A stretch of 64,000 nt of DNA, taken from NCBI GenBank assembly GCA_965219685.1, contig CBDCOH010000002.1:2016001-2080000 (forward strand), read 5' to 3'. This document shows, in pieces, positions 29,336 through 39,055 of this stretch. The translations under genes and the position numbers were made by a program. This stretch comes from Candidatus Spongiisociaceae bacterium. GTDB lineage: Bacteria > Actinomycetota > Acidimicrobiia > Spongiisociales > Spongiisociaceae. Position 1 is the stretch's first letter; the number at the start of each line of letters is the position of its first letter. Under the pieces are notes generated by a model. It searched no databases. It was not told the DNA's origin and worked only from the letters and a program-made list of their open reading frames with translations.

Positions 29336-29397
29336 ATGATTAGTTCCTAGTCCGTAGTCGGTAGTCGGTAGTTGACAATCGGTAGTTACCGTTAGAT
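29333..29397 (+). repeat. Heptamer tandem repeat downstream of a stop codon
   Basis: TAG atgat tagttcc tagtccg tagtcgg tagtcgg tagttga caatcgg tagttac. Confidence 0.7.
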
Positions 29398-29493
29398 CGG
29401 ATCATTTGCCATCCTCCGCAACACTGTCTGGGTCTCGCGGTTCCGCCGAGGGGGGCTCTTCGCAAGAGTGGCTGTGAGGGGTTCGCATCCAGG

Positions 29494-29541
29494 AACAGAC
29501 GTATACAAGTTACAGACGCGCGTATAAAAGTTACATATGCG
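29494..29541. repeat. 21-bp direct repeat, about 2.3 copies
   Basis: CGTATACAAGTTACAGACGCG then CGTATAAAAGTTACATATGCG. Confidence 0.6.
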
Positions 29542-29725
29542 TTGCACAGCGTTGTGGAGCACATCGTAGAGTGCAGTCGCTGCCGGCCAGATCCCTTGGA
29601 ACTACTCGTCTAGGAGGGCCCGACCTCCGCACGGAGGAGGTTGCGACCGGTTCGCAGACCTGGGTTCGTCGCTCCCATGAAGAGCCCGACCCGACCACCT
29701 GCCGCATCCTAGAATCGGCGGAGCA

Positions 29726-30094
29726 ATGACAGAGCCCGTGATCGAGGATCCCTGGCCGACGAAGGCGGACGCCCTGGCCGCGGCGGCCGTCATCGCCGAG
29801 CAGGCCCGCACACTGTACGGTGACGAACTCGACGGTGTGTGGCTCTACGGATCGCGGGCCAGGGGCGACAACAAAGGCGATTCCGACCTCGACGTGCTGG
29901 TGGTGAAGCGCTCGAAGGAGTTCGACCCGCGCAACCAACTGCTGTGGAAGTTGCACCGGGTCCTAGAACCGCACTACTTCGACAGTCTGACCTGGATACT
30001 CGTATACATCCACGTCTCGTACACCAAGCAGTTCAAGGAGTGGGACACCATGTTCTACCGCAACGTGCGCGCCGACGCCCTCCCCATCGCATGA
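29726..30094 (+). CDS. Minimal nucleotidyltransferase (MNT) antitoxin
   Basis: LYGSRARGD...SDLDVLV motif; TAGAAT -10 upstream. Confidence 0.9.
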   Translation: MTEPVIEDPWPTKADALAAAAVIAEQARTLYGDELDGVWLYGSRARGDNKGDSDLDVLVVKRSKEFDPRNQLLWKLHRVLEPHYFDSLTWILVYIHVSYTKQFKEWDTMFYRNVRADALPIA

Positions 30095-30501
30095 CCTCCA
30101 CCGAAGAGGCGTTCCTGCTGTTGACCCACGCCGACAACTACCTAGGCTACGCCGAGACCAACCGCCGGTCCGGCATCTACGGACCGGCCGTGTCGATGGC
30201 CTATTACGCGGCGTTCTACGCCGCCCAGGCCGTGGTCGCCTACCACCGGGAGGGGCCGAAGACACACAAGGGAGTCAGGAACGTCTTCCACCGGCTCGCC
30301 GTCCTCGAGTCCGACTTTCCGGGCGAGGTCGCCCCGGTGCTCGCTGATCTGGCTGATAGCCGGTTAAAGGCCGACTACGACCACGAGACGATGGACGACT
30401 GGACGGACGCCGACGCCTCGGATGCCATTCGCCAAGCGCGGACCTTCGTGTCAGAGGTGAGTGCCTGGTTCAGCCGCCATCACACGCCGGACAGTCAGTG
30501 A
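30091..30501 (+). CDS. HEPN-domain protein (MNT-HEPN toxin)
   Basis: AYYAAFYAA, KTHKG, RLKADY (RX4Y) motifs; ATGA coupling to MNT. Confidence 0.88.
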   Translation: MTSTEEAFLLLTHADNYLGYAETNRRSGIYGPAVSMAYYAAFYAAQAVVAYHREGPKTHKGVRNVFHRLAVLESDFPGEVAPVLADLADSRLKADYDHETMDDWTDADASDAIRQARTFVSEVSAWFSRHHTPDSQ

Positions 30502-32789
30502 CGGTGGAAGGATCCTCCGGCGGCGTCACGTTCGCAGATGCGGCGGACCCGTTCGGGACTCAGGGGTAGCCGGGTCACGTCCTCCGGACGTCCCAGGGCA
30601 TCGGCAACCGCGTTGGCGATCGCCGCTCCGACCGCGGTGATGCCGCCCTCCCCGGCCCCTTTGACACCGAGCGGGTTGAGCGGGCTGGGAGCATCCTCGG
30701 TGACCAGCACCTCGACCGGGGGCATCTCCTCCATGGTCGGCATCAGGTAGTCCATGAAACTGGCGGCAAGCGGCTGCGCGGAGTCGTCGTACAGGAACTC
30801 CTCCAGCAGCGCTCCGCCCAGGCCCTGCGCGGCGCCACCGTGGATCTGGCCGTCGACAAGGCCGGGATTGACCGCGCGGCCGACCTCGTAGGCGACGATC
30901 AGGCGCTCGGGTTCCACCTCTCCGGTATCACGGTCGACCCTGACCACAGCCGCGTGGATGCCGTACGGGTAGACCATGTGGTCCACCTCGAACCAGCCCT
31001 CGGCTGCCAGACCGGGTTCATCGACCGCGGGGCCCGGCCGCAGTCGGCGGGCCGCTTCACCCAACGTCATCGCCGGACCGCCCGGCGAGCCCCGCACGAA
31101 CACCCGGCCGTCCTCGATGGTGAGGTCCTCGAGGGGCGCTTCGAGGACCTCTGCCGCCTCGTCCAGCGCCTTCTCTCGCACCCGGCGGGCCGCGATCAGC
31201 GTGGCGGAACCCGCCATGACCGTGACCCGGCTTGCGAACGCCCCCATCCCCCAGGCCATGTCGTCCGTCTGGCCGTGCCGGACCCGGACCCGTTCGATCC
31301 CGACTCCGAGCGTCTCGGCGCAGATCTGGGCCAGGCAGGTCTCCACACCTTGGCCGATGGAGGCCGCCCCGGTGAACACCACCACGTACCCGGCCTCGTC
31401 GACCGTCACCTTCACACCTTCGAACGGGCCGAGCCCGCTCTTCTCGATGAAGAATCCCAGCCCGAGGCCCACCGCCTCACCCCGCGACCGCCGGACGGCG
31501 AGGTCCGCCGACAAGCTTCCGTAGTCGAGGTGGTCGATGAGGAGATCCAGGAGCAACTCGTAGTCCCCCGAGTCGTATGTCACCTCGGTACCGAGAGCAC
31601 CGATTCCCCGCTCGTAGGGCATCGAGCCCACCGGTATCAGGTTGCGCCGGCGTATCTCGACAGGGTCCAGGCCCAGCCGGTGAGCGATCACGTCCATCAG
31701 GCGCTCACGGACGAAGCTGCTCTCGTACCTGCCGGGAGCCCGGTAGGTACCGCACGGGGTCTTGTTGCTTAGCCTCACATGCCCCGTGCACCGGTACGCA
31801 GGCCAAACGTAGGGTCCCGGCAGCATCGACGAGGTAAGTTCGCTCACGGTGGTTTCGTGGGTTCTCAGGTATGCGCCCTGGTCGACCCAGAACTCGGCAT
31901 CCACCCCCCGCACCCAACCGTCCTCGTCGACGGCTGCGCGGATGCGGTGGACCTGATCGCGGGAGTGGTTGGCGGCCAGCATGTGCTCCCGCCGATCCTC
32001 GACCCAGCGGACAGGCCGCCCGGTACGGCGGGCCGCCCAGCAGACCAGGACGTCCTCCGGGTACAGCTCTCCCCGCACCCCGAAACCGCCCCCCACGTGG
32101 ACTTCCCGCAGGACCACCGCCGAGGTGGGGAGACCGAGCATGCGGGCTATGGCGCCCCGGTTGTAGTGAGGAACCTTGGCGGCGCCGAACATCTCCAGGG
32201 TGGAGCTCGTGGCGTCGTAGCGAGCCAACGCACCGCGCGTCTCCATGGGCACGGCCGAGTGCCGGCCCACGCTCAGCTCCATCTCGACGACCACCGGACC
32301 TCCGGCGAATGCGGCGGCCAGATCGCCGTAGGCCTTCTCCACCACCCCCACCTCGGTGGCCCGCGACGCGTCCAGGTACGGATCGACGACCGGTCGCAAC
32401 TCCTCGATGTCGACGAACACCTGCTCGGCCGCGTCCTCGGCCAGGTAGGGATCCTCGGCCAGCACGACCGCGACCGGCTCGCCGACGTAGCGGACGTGGC
32501 CGTCGGCGAGTACCGGCTGGCGGTAGCTCTCCACACCGGTGATCATCGGCATCCGGAAGTCGATCGGGGGGATATCCCCGGTATCGGCGGCCGTCCAGAC
32601 GGCCTCGACGCCAGGGAGTGACAGCGCCCCGGCCGTGTCTATACCGACGATCCTGCCGTGAGCAACCGGGGAACGCACCACCCGCAGGTGGAGTTGACGG
32701 GGTAACGAGAGGTCGGCGGCGAACCGGGCCGAACCGGTGAGGAGGGGGCGGTCCTCGATCCTCCTGACCGAACTCCCGACGTAGGTCAT
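30495..32789 (-). CDS. Xanthine-oxidase-family molybdopterin large subunit 1
   Basis: EDRPLLTG, VGGGFG, TYRAPGR, GQIHGG, KGAGEGG. Confidence 0.93.
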   Translation of the reverse strand: MTYVGSSVRRIEDRPLLTGSARFAADLSLPRQLHLRVVRSPVAHGRIVGIDTAGALSLPGVEAVWTAADTGDIPPIDFRMPMITGVESYRQPVLADGHVRYVGEPVAVVLAEDPYLAEDAAEQVFVDIEELRPVVDPYLDASRATEVGVVEKAYGDLAAAFAGGPVVVEMELSVGRHSAVPMETRGALARYDATSSTLEMFGAAKVPHYNRGAIARMLGLPTSAVVLREVHVGGGFGVRGELYPEDVLVCWAARRTGRPVRWVEDRREHMLAANHSRDQVHRIRAAVDEDGWVRGVDAEFWVDQGAYLRTHETTVSELTSSMLPGPYVWPAYRCTGHVRLSNKTPCGTYRAPGRYESSFVRERLMDVIAHRLGLDPVEIRRRNLIPVGSMPYERGIGALGTEVTYDSGDYELLLDLLIDHLDYGSLSADLAVRRSRGEAVGLGLGFFIEKSGLGPFEGVKVTVDEAGYVVVFTGAASIGQGVETCLAQICAETLGVGIERVRVRHGQTDDMAWGMGAFASRVTVMAGSATLIAARRVREKALDEAAEVLEAPLEDLTIEDGRVFVRGSPGGPAMTLGEAARRLRPGPAVDEPGLAAEGWFEVDHMVYPYGIHAAVVRVDRDTGEVEPERLIVAYEVGRAVNPGLVDGQIHGGAAQGLGGALLEEFLYDDSAQPLAASFMDYLMPTMEEMPPVEVLVTEDAPSPLNPLGVKGAGEGGITAVGAAIANAVADALGRPEDVTRLPLSPERVRRICERDAAGGSFHRH

Positions 32790-33268
32790 TTCCTCATTGT
32801 CGTGGCGGCCTGGCGGACCGCCTTCAGGATGTTCTGGTAGCCGGTGCACCGGCAGAGGTTGGACGAGAGCACCGCGCGCAGCTCGTCGTCGCCGGGATCG
32901 GGGTTCTGCTCCAGGTAGCCGACCGCCAGCATCAGGAATCCGGGGGTGCAGAAGCCGCATTGCAGTCCGTGGTTCTCCCAGAACGCCTGCTGGATGGGAT
33001 GCAGGATGTCGCCGTCGGCCAGACCCTCGACGGTACGGAGTTCCATGCCCTCGCACTGCACCGCGAACATCAGGCAGGCTCGCACCGGATCCCCGTCGGC
33101 CAGGATCGTGCAAGCGCCGCACACGCCGTGCTCGCAGCCCAGATGGGTTCCCGTGAGGCCGCAGTTGTCCCGGAGGGTGTCGGCCAGGGTACGTCGCGGC
33201 TCCACCCTTACCTCGTAGGTGCGGCCGTTCACGTCGAGCTTCACGTCGACCAACGTCCGTTCGGTCAT
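32786..33268 (-). CDS. 2Fe-2S small subunit (CoxS/CutS type)
   Basis: GCEHGVCGAC, QCGFCTPG, NLCRCTGY. Confidence 0.95.
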   Translation of the reverse strand: MTERTLVDVKLDVNGRTYEVRVEPRRTLADTLRDNCGLTGTHLGCEHGVCGACTILADGDPVRACLMFAVQCEGMELRTVEGLADGDILHPIQQAFWENHGLQCGFCTPGFLMLAVGYLEQNPDPGDDELRAVLSSNLCRCTGYQNILKAVRQAATTMRK

Positions 33269-35583
33269 GCGGGGATCCTCTCGTTCTTCCGGATCAGGCT
33301 GCGCAACCGGGAGGGAGTCGCCGGCGTCTCGTTGACCTCCACGCCGAGTGGCCGCAGCGCGTCGGAGATCGCGTTGATGATCGCAGCCGGGGCGCCGATG
33401 GTGCCACCCTCCCCCAGACCCTTGGCGCCGGTGATGGAGGCGTCGGACACGGTGACCAGATGGTGTGTCTCTATCTCGGGAATCTCGGCCATGGTGGGCG
33501 GGAGGTAGTCCATCAACGAGGTGGTGAGGATGTTGCCATCCTCGTCGTAGACGATCTCCTCGTACAGCGCACCCGCTATTCCCTGGGTGACTCCCCCGTG
33601 CAGTTGCCCGTCCACGATCATGGGGTTGATCAGGACACCGGCGTCCTCGACCACCACGAACCTCTCGACCGTCACCCCCCCGGTCTCGGGATCCACCTCG
33701 ACGACCGCCGCGTGGCAGGCGTTGGAGAAAGTCCCGGCCGGGTCGTAGGTGGCCACCGCGGAGAGCCCAGGTGTCACGCCGGGACCGAGACGGTGGCTGG
33801 AGTGGTACGACGACCGGGCCAGAGCCGCCACACCGATACCGGAGTCCGTACCCGAAACGCGTGCCACCCCTTCGCTGATCACTATGTCCTCGGGAGCGGC
33901 CTCCAGCTGATCCGCCGCGATCGCGGCGATCTTCGACCGGAGGATCCCGGACGCCAGCTTGGCGGCGCCCCCGGCTATGACCAGGGAACGGCTGGCGAAG
34001 GTGCCCCAACCGTATGGCGTGCGGTCGGTGTCCCCGTGGACGATGCGGACGGTCCCTGGTTCCACACCCAACTCGTCGGCGATCAGCTGGGCCAGGCTGG
34101 TGCCCAGTCCCTGACCGTGCGGGTTGGCGCCCAGCCGCGCCTCGACGTTGCCGGACGGATCCATCACCAGGTCGACGGTCTCGTAGCCGGGAGTGATGTC
34201 CATGCTGCGGGCGGCGAACGCCTCGGTGCCGTAGCCGGTCCGCTCCGAGAATACCGAGAATCCCACCCCCAGGTAGCGCCCCTCCCCAAGGGCCGCCGCC
34301 TGGCGTTGCCGGAACGCCGCCAGGTCGACGGTGTCCCGTGCGGTTTCGAGGGACTCGAGGTAGGACCCCTCGTCGTACACCAGCCCGGTGGCGGACGTGT
34401 ACGGGAACCATCCGATCAGGTTCCTGCGGCGGATCTCGGCGGGTTCGACCCCGAAGCGGGCGGCGGCGAGGTCCATGAGCCGCTCCATCGCCAGGGTGAT
34501 GACCGGACGGGAGACCCCCCGGTACGGGGCCATCGGGCACGTGTTGGTGGCGACACCCCTGGAGCGCACCCTGTAAACCCGGAAGTCGTACGGACCGGGA
34601 AGCTCCGCCAGGGCCATGAGCGGCTCGACACCGCAGGTCACCGGGAAGCAGGAATAGGCGCCCACGTTGCAGAGCAGTTCGGCGTCCACGGCAAGCAGGC
34701 GGGCATCGCCGTCGAAGGCGCCCCTCACCCGGTATTCGTGGTCTCGGCTGTGGAACCCGGCCATGAGGTTCTCCCTGCGGTCCTCCACCCAGGACACGGT
34801 GTTACGGAGCCGTCTCGCCAGCCACACCGCGACGACGTCCTCGACGGCCAGGCAGAATTTCTGCCCGAAGGCGCCGCCCACGTCGGGTACCACCACGCGG
34901 AGATCCGACTCGGGCATGCCGATGAGGTCGGCGATGATGGTGCGCACGACGTGGGGCGACTGCACCGAGGAGGTCAGGGTGACCCGGGAAGAACGCGGGT
35001 CGAAGGATGCCGTCGAACCCCTCGTCTCCAAGGGCATGGCACTCTCCCGTCGGGATCGCAGGCCGAACTCGACCACTTCGTCCGCGGCGGCGAACACCTC
35101 ATCCACCCCGTCGGTCTGGAACCTTGCATCGACCAGAAGGTTGTCGGGAACGTGGTCGTGAACGGCCGGCGCCCCGAGCCGTATCGCCTCGGAGGCGGTG
35201 GTCACGTGCTGCCAGGGCTCGATCTCCACGAAGACCTGCTCGGCAGCGTCCTCGGCCTCCTCGGGAGATCCGGCCACCACCACCGCCACCGGCTCGCCGA
35301 CGAACCGGACCCTGTCCAGAGCGAGCACCGGCTGGTCGACCGGGCGGTAGTCGTCCCGATGCAGGAGCGGGCGGACGGGGCGGACACCGGCGAGATCGGC
35401 CCCGGTGAAGACCGTGACGTGGTCCGGCGCATCGATCGACACTATCCGCCCGCTGGGCACGGGACTGCGGACGAATCTGAGAAAGGAGGCGTTGCGGGCC
35501 ACGTCGGCGGCGAACCGGCCGTCACCGGTCAGGAGGGGCGGATCCTCCAGGCGTGGCAGCGACCGTCCGATCCACGGGGTCAC
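33265..35583 (-). CDS. Xanthine-oxidase-family molybdopterin large subunit 2
   Basis: EDPPLLTG, VGGAFG, PYRGVSRP, KGLGEGG; GTG start overlapping the FAD subunit stop. Confidence 0.93.
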   Translation of the reverse strand: MTPWIGRSLPRLEDPPLLTGDGRFAADVARNASFLRFVRSPVPSGRIVSIDAPDHVTVFTGADLAGVRPVRPLLHRDDYRPVDQPVLALDRVRFVGEPVAVVVAGSPEEAEDAAEQVFVEIEPWQHVTTASEAIRLGAPAVHDHVPDNLLVDARFQTDGVDEVFAAADEVVEFGLRSRRESAMPLETRGSTASFDPRSSRVTLTSSVQSPHVVRTIIADLIGMPESDLRVVVPDVGGAFGQKFCLAVEDVVAVWLARRLRNTVSWVEDRRENLMAGFHSRDHEYRVRGAFDGDARLLAVDAELLCNVGAYSCFPVTCGVEPLMALAELPGPYDFRVYRVRSRGVATNTCPMAPYRGVSRPVITLAMERLMDLAAARFGVEPAEIRRRNLIGWFPYTSATGLVYDEGSYLESLETARDTVDLAAFRQRQAAALGEGRYLGVGFSVFSERTGYGTEAFAARSMDITPGYETVDLVMDPSGNVEARLGANPHGQGLGTSLAQLIADELGVEPGTVRIVHGDTDRTPYGWGTFASRSLVIAGGAAKLASGILRSKIAAIAADQLEAAPEDIVISEGVARVSGTDSGIGVAALARSSYHSSHRLGPGVTPGLSAVATYDPAGTFSNACHAAVVEVDPETGGVTVERFVVVEDAGVLINPMIVDGQLHGGVTQGIAGALYEEIVYDEDGNILTTSLMDYLPPTMAEIPEIETHHLVTVSDASITGAKGLGEGGTIGAPAAIINAISDALRPLGVEVNETPATPSRLRSLIRKNERIPA

Positions 35584-36437
35584 CGCGCGGTCGCCTGCTC
35601 GAGCGCCCGCCTGGTCAGAGCGCGGACCAGATCTCTGCGGTACTCGGCCGATCCGTGGATGTCCTCCATGGGGTCGACCTCCTGTGCAGCCACCTCGGCG
35701 GCGGCGGCGAAGGCTTCGCTCGTGGCTGGTCCGCCGGTGAGATGATCCTCGGCTGCCGAAGCCCGCACCGGCCGGTCGCTCACCGCCCCGAGAGCGATCC
35801 GCGCCTCCGTCACCTGCCCGTTCCGCGTCTCGAGCACTGCCGCGGCCATAGCCAGGGCGAAGTCGCCGGCGCGCCGGCTGAACTGCTGGAATCCGACCTT
35901 GCTGGAAGGGACCGGCTTGGCCAGGCGGGTCTCGAGCAGCAACTCGTCGGGGCCCAGGTCGGTGGTGAACACGGTCTGGAAAAACCGTTCGGCGGGGATG
36001 GTGCGGGTACCGGCCACGCTGGCCGCCACCATCTCGGCGTCCAGCAGCATCGCGATCACGCACCATTCGGCCGCGGGGTCGGCGTGGGCCAGGCTCCCTC
36101 CGAAAGTCCCCCTCACACGGATGGGGAGATGGCCCACATGGTGCGCCGCCAGGCTGAGGAGCCTACCGAGTGGCCCACCCACCGGCGGCTTCTCGAAGGA
36201 CACGTGGCGGACCAGGGATCCGACCCGGAGAGCCCCTCCCTCGTCGGTGATGTGATCGAGTTCGCCGACCCGGTTGATGTCCACCAGCACGGCCGGGCGG
36301 GCCAGGCGGAAGTTCATGGCCGGCACCAGGCTCTGGCCGCCCGCCAAGACCTTGGCGTCGTACCCGTGCCGATCCAGGGCCGCCAGCACCTCTTCGACGG
36401 AACGCGGTTGGTGGTAGTCGAATCGGGCCGGCTTCAT
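35580..36437 (-). CDS. FAD-binding medium subunit (CoxM/CutM type)
   Basis: MKPARFDY, AGGQSL, RGTFGGSLAHADPAAE. Confidence 0.95.
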   Translation of the reverse strand: MKPARFDYHQPRSVEEVLAALDRHGYDAKVLAGGQSLVPAMNFRLARPAVLVDINRVGELDHITDEGGALRVGSLVRHVSFEKPPVGGPLGRLLSLAAHHVGHLPIRVRGTFGGSLAHADPAAEWCVIAMLLDAEMVAASVAGTRTIPAERFFQTVFTTDLGPDELLLETRLAKPVPSSKVGFQQFSRRAGDFALAMAAAVLETRNGQVTEARIALGAVSDRPVRASAAEDHLTGGPATSEAFAAAAEVAAQEVDPMEDIHGSAEYRRDLVRALTRRALEQATAR

Positions 36438-36478
36438 GCGGGCCGGAGTGTACTATCCGGGCGCCAACCCGAGGTTCC

Positions 36479-38899
36479 ATCACGTCAGAACAGCGCGTCG
36501 CGACCCGAGGCGGCATCGGGGCTTCCGTACTGCGGCACGAGGATCCGCCGCTGCTGACCGGCCGGGCCCGGTACGTCGCCGACATCCAACTCGACCGCCA
36601 GTTGACCATGTCGATAGTCCGGTCACCGGTCTCCCACGGGACGCTGGCCGGTGTCGACACCTCAGAGGCAAGAGCCCTCCCCGGGGTCGCGGCCGTCTTC
36701 ACCGCCGACGACGTGGCGCAGGACCTGGGCCACGTGCCCCGCATCCCGCCGCGGGTGTCGTTCGACGAGACTGTGCTTCCCTACCTGCAACCCGTGCTGG
36801 CTCGGGACCGGGTCCGGTACACTGGCGAGCCGCTGGCGGTGGTGCTGGCCGAGGACCGCTACGTGGCCGAGGACGCAGCCGAGCTGGTGTTCGCCGACAT
36901 CGATCAGCGCCCGGCGATGGTCGACGCTGGTCGGGAGGCCGAGCAGGGAGAGCAACTGTTCGAGACCGGGAACCTGGTCACGACGCTTCATGCCGAGTTC
37001 GGCGACGTGGAGACCGCCCTGCGCGACGCCGAGCAGGTGATCGAGGTCGAGCTGAGCATCGGCCGGCACAGCGGCGTCCCGATGGAGACCAGGGGCCTGG
37101 CGGTGGAGTTCGATCCGGGCACGGGACGCCTGACCGTCTATGGAGCCACCAAGGTACCGCACTGGAATCTCTCCACCACGGCAGAACTCCTCGGCCTCCC
37201 ACCCAGCCGGATCCGGATGCGCGAGACCGCCATCGGCGGCGGTTTCGGCGTCCGGGGAGAGTTGTACCCCGAGGATGTGCTCGCGGTGTGGGTGGCTGAT
37301 CGACTCCGGCGTTCGGTCTCCTGGGTCGAGGACCGCCGGGAACATCTGGTGGCGGCCAACCACTCGCGCGAGCAGAGGCACCGGGCCAGGATCGCGGGAG
37401 ACCGGGACGGCCGGATCGCGGCCATCACGTCGGACTTCGACATGGACGTGGGCGCCTATGCCCGGACCCACAGCATCCGTGTCGCCGACCTGACGCTGTC
37501 CATGATCCCCGGACCCTACGACCTGGACGCCTACCGGGGCTCGGCCCGGTGCGTGGTCACCAACAAGACGCCCACCGGCACCTACCGGGCACCGGGACGC
37601 TTCGAGTCCAGCTTCGTCCGCGAGCGCCTGATCGATCTGTTCGCCGCCGAGATCGGCATGGACCCGGTGGAGGTGCGCCTGCGCAACCTGATCCGGCCCG
37701 GCCAGATTCCGTATCCTCGGCCGCTGTCCTCCACCGGGGAACCGATGCTGTTCAGCGACGGCGACTTCCCTTCGATCCTGACCCGGCTGGTGGAGTCCTT
37801 CGACTGGAGGAAGGTAGAACGGCGGCGCTCCGACGGGGAGTTGGTCGGGGTGGGTCTGGCGATCTTCCTGGAGAAGTCGGGGCTCGGACCCTGGGAGACA
37901 GGTGCGGTGGAGGTCGATCCGGATGGTCTGGTACGGGTCCGCTCCGGGTGCTCCTCGGTCGGCCAGGGAATCCGGACCGTGCTGGCGCAGATCGTCGCCG
38001 ACCGGCTACAGGTCGATAACGGCGCGGTCCGGGTCGAGTTGCTGGACACCGATCGCACCCCCTACGGGACCGGTAGCTACGCAAGCCGGTCGACGGTCAC
38101 TGCGGGAAGCGCCCTCGTACAGGCTGCAGACGAGATCATCGCCCTAGCCAAGCAGGTGGCATCGGTCGATTTCGAGGTAGCCGAGGAGGATCTGGAGTAC
38201 ATCGATGGTGGGGTACAGGTGCAGGGGTCGCCCGGATTCAGGATGTCGATCTTCGAGGCCGCCGCCCGTCTCCATCCGATCACAGCCCCCCATTACGGGC
38301 GCGAGCGTCCGGGCCTGGTGGCCGAGTCGGTATTCGACGTCGAGCGGGTCGTCTACCCGTGCGGCGCCAACCTGGCGGTGGTCCGGGTGAGTCCGGACAC
38401 CGGTGAGGTCACGGTCGAGTACCTGTTGCTCCTGTACGACATCGGTCGGGCGATCAATCCGATGCTGGTGGCCGGACAGATGGAAGGTGGAGCTATCCAG
38501 GCGATCGGAGGAACCCTCTACGAGCAGTTCGCCTACGATGCCGACGGCAACCCGCAGTCGGCTTCCTTCATGGACTACCTCCTCCCGACCATGTCCGAGA
38601 CCCCCGTGATGGACACCATCATCGGGGAATCGGCCCCCACCGCCACCAACCCCCTAGGTACCAAGGGAGCGGGAGAGGGCGGCGTCCCCGGGGTGGCCGC
38701 AGCAATCGCAACCGCCATTGAACAAGCCCTGGGACAGCCCGGCCTGGTGACCGCGGTGCCCATCCTTCCCGAGACTCTGGTCGCAGGGACCCCTTCCCGG
38801 ATCAAGGGTGATTACGCGGCGGCATTTCGGGAGTGGGTCGATAGTGGTGAGGCGGCGGTACGGGAGACGGTGGTGGGCGACGGCCTCGTACCCGAGTGA
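36479..38899 (+). CDS. Xanthine-oxidase-family molybdopterin large subunit 3
   Basis: IGASVLRHEDPPLLTGRARY lies upstream of the tracked start; TYRAPGR, KGAGEGG; probable ATC start at 36479. Confidence 0.9.
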   Translation: MTSEQRVATRGGIGASVLRHEDPPLLTGRARYVADIQLDRQLTMSIVRSPVSHGTLAGVDTSEARALPGVAAVFTADDVAQDLGHVPRIPPRVSFDETVLPYLQPVLARDRVRYTGEPLAVVLAEDRYVAEDAAELVFADIDQRPAMVDAGREAEQGEQLFETGNLVTTLHAEFGDVETALRDAEQVIEVELSIGRHSGVPMETRGLAVEFDPGTGRLTVYGATKVPHWNLSTTAELLGLPPSRIRMRETAIGGGFGVRGELYPEDVLAVWVADRLRRSVSWVEDRREHLVAANHSREQRHRARIAGDRDGRIAAITSDFDMDVGAYARTHSIRVADLTLSMIPGPYDLDAYRGSARCVVTNKTPTGTYRAPGRFESSFVRERLIDLFAAEIGMDPVEVRLRNLIRPGQIPYPRPLSSTGEPMLFSDGDFPSILTRLVESFDWRKVERRRSDGELVGVGLAIFLEKSGLGPWETGAVEVDPDGLVRVRSGCSSVGQGIRTVLAQIVADRLQVDNGAVRVELLDTDRTPYGTGSYASRSTVTAGSALVQAADEIIALAKQVASVDFEVAEEDLEYIDGGVQVQGSPGFRMSIFEAAARLHPITAPHYGRERPGLVAESVFDVERVVYPCGANLAVVRVSPDTGEVTVEYLLLLYDIGRAINPMLVAGQMEGGAIQAIGGTLYEQFAYDADGNPQSASFMDYLLPTMSETPVMDTIIGESAPTATNPLGTKGAGEGGVPGVAAAIATAIEQALGQPGLVTAVPILPETLVAGTPSRIKGDYAAAFREWVDSGEAAVRETVVGDGLVPE

Positions 38900-38981
38900 G
38901 ACGCTGCCGGATGCATTTCGCCAACCCCGGCCGGTAACCCACCTCAGAACCTGCTCGACTCCGGGGGTGGCAATGGTGGAG

Positions 38982-39049
38982 TTTGTCAACTATATCGGGT
39001 TGTATCTGACAAGTTTATCCGGAAAGATCTGTTAATTAGGGGTTAGGAT
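38982..39049 (+). promoter_or_regulatory. 23-bp-period degenerate repeats plus TAGGAT -10 box for a likely leaderless transcript
   Basis: TTTGTCAAC (38982), TCTGACAAG (39005), TCTGTTAAT (39028); TAGGAT at 39044, ATG at 39056. Confidence 0.55.
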
Positions 39050-39055
39050 CAGGGT

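Noticed and set aside
30495-38899. Aerobic CO dehydrogenase (coxMSL)
   Set aside because: Large subunits carry TYRAPGR or PYRGVSR, not AYxCSFR or AYxGAGR, and there are no coxDEFG genes
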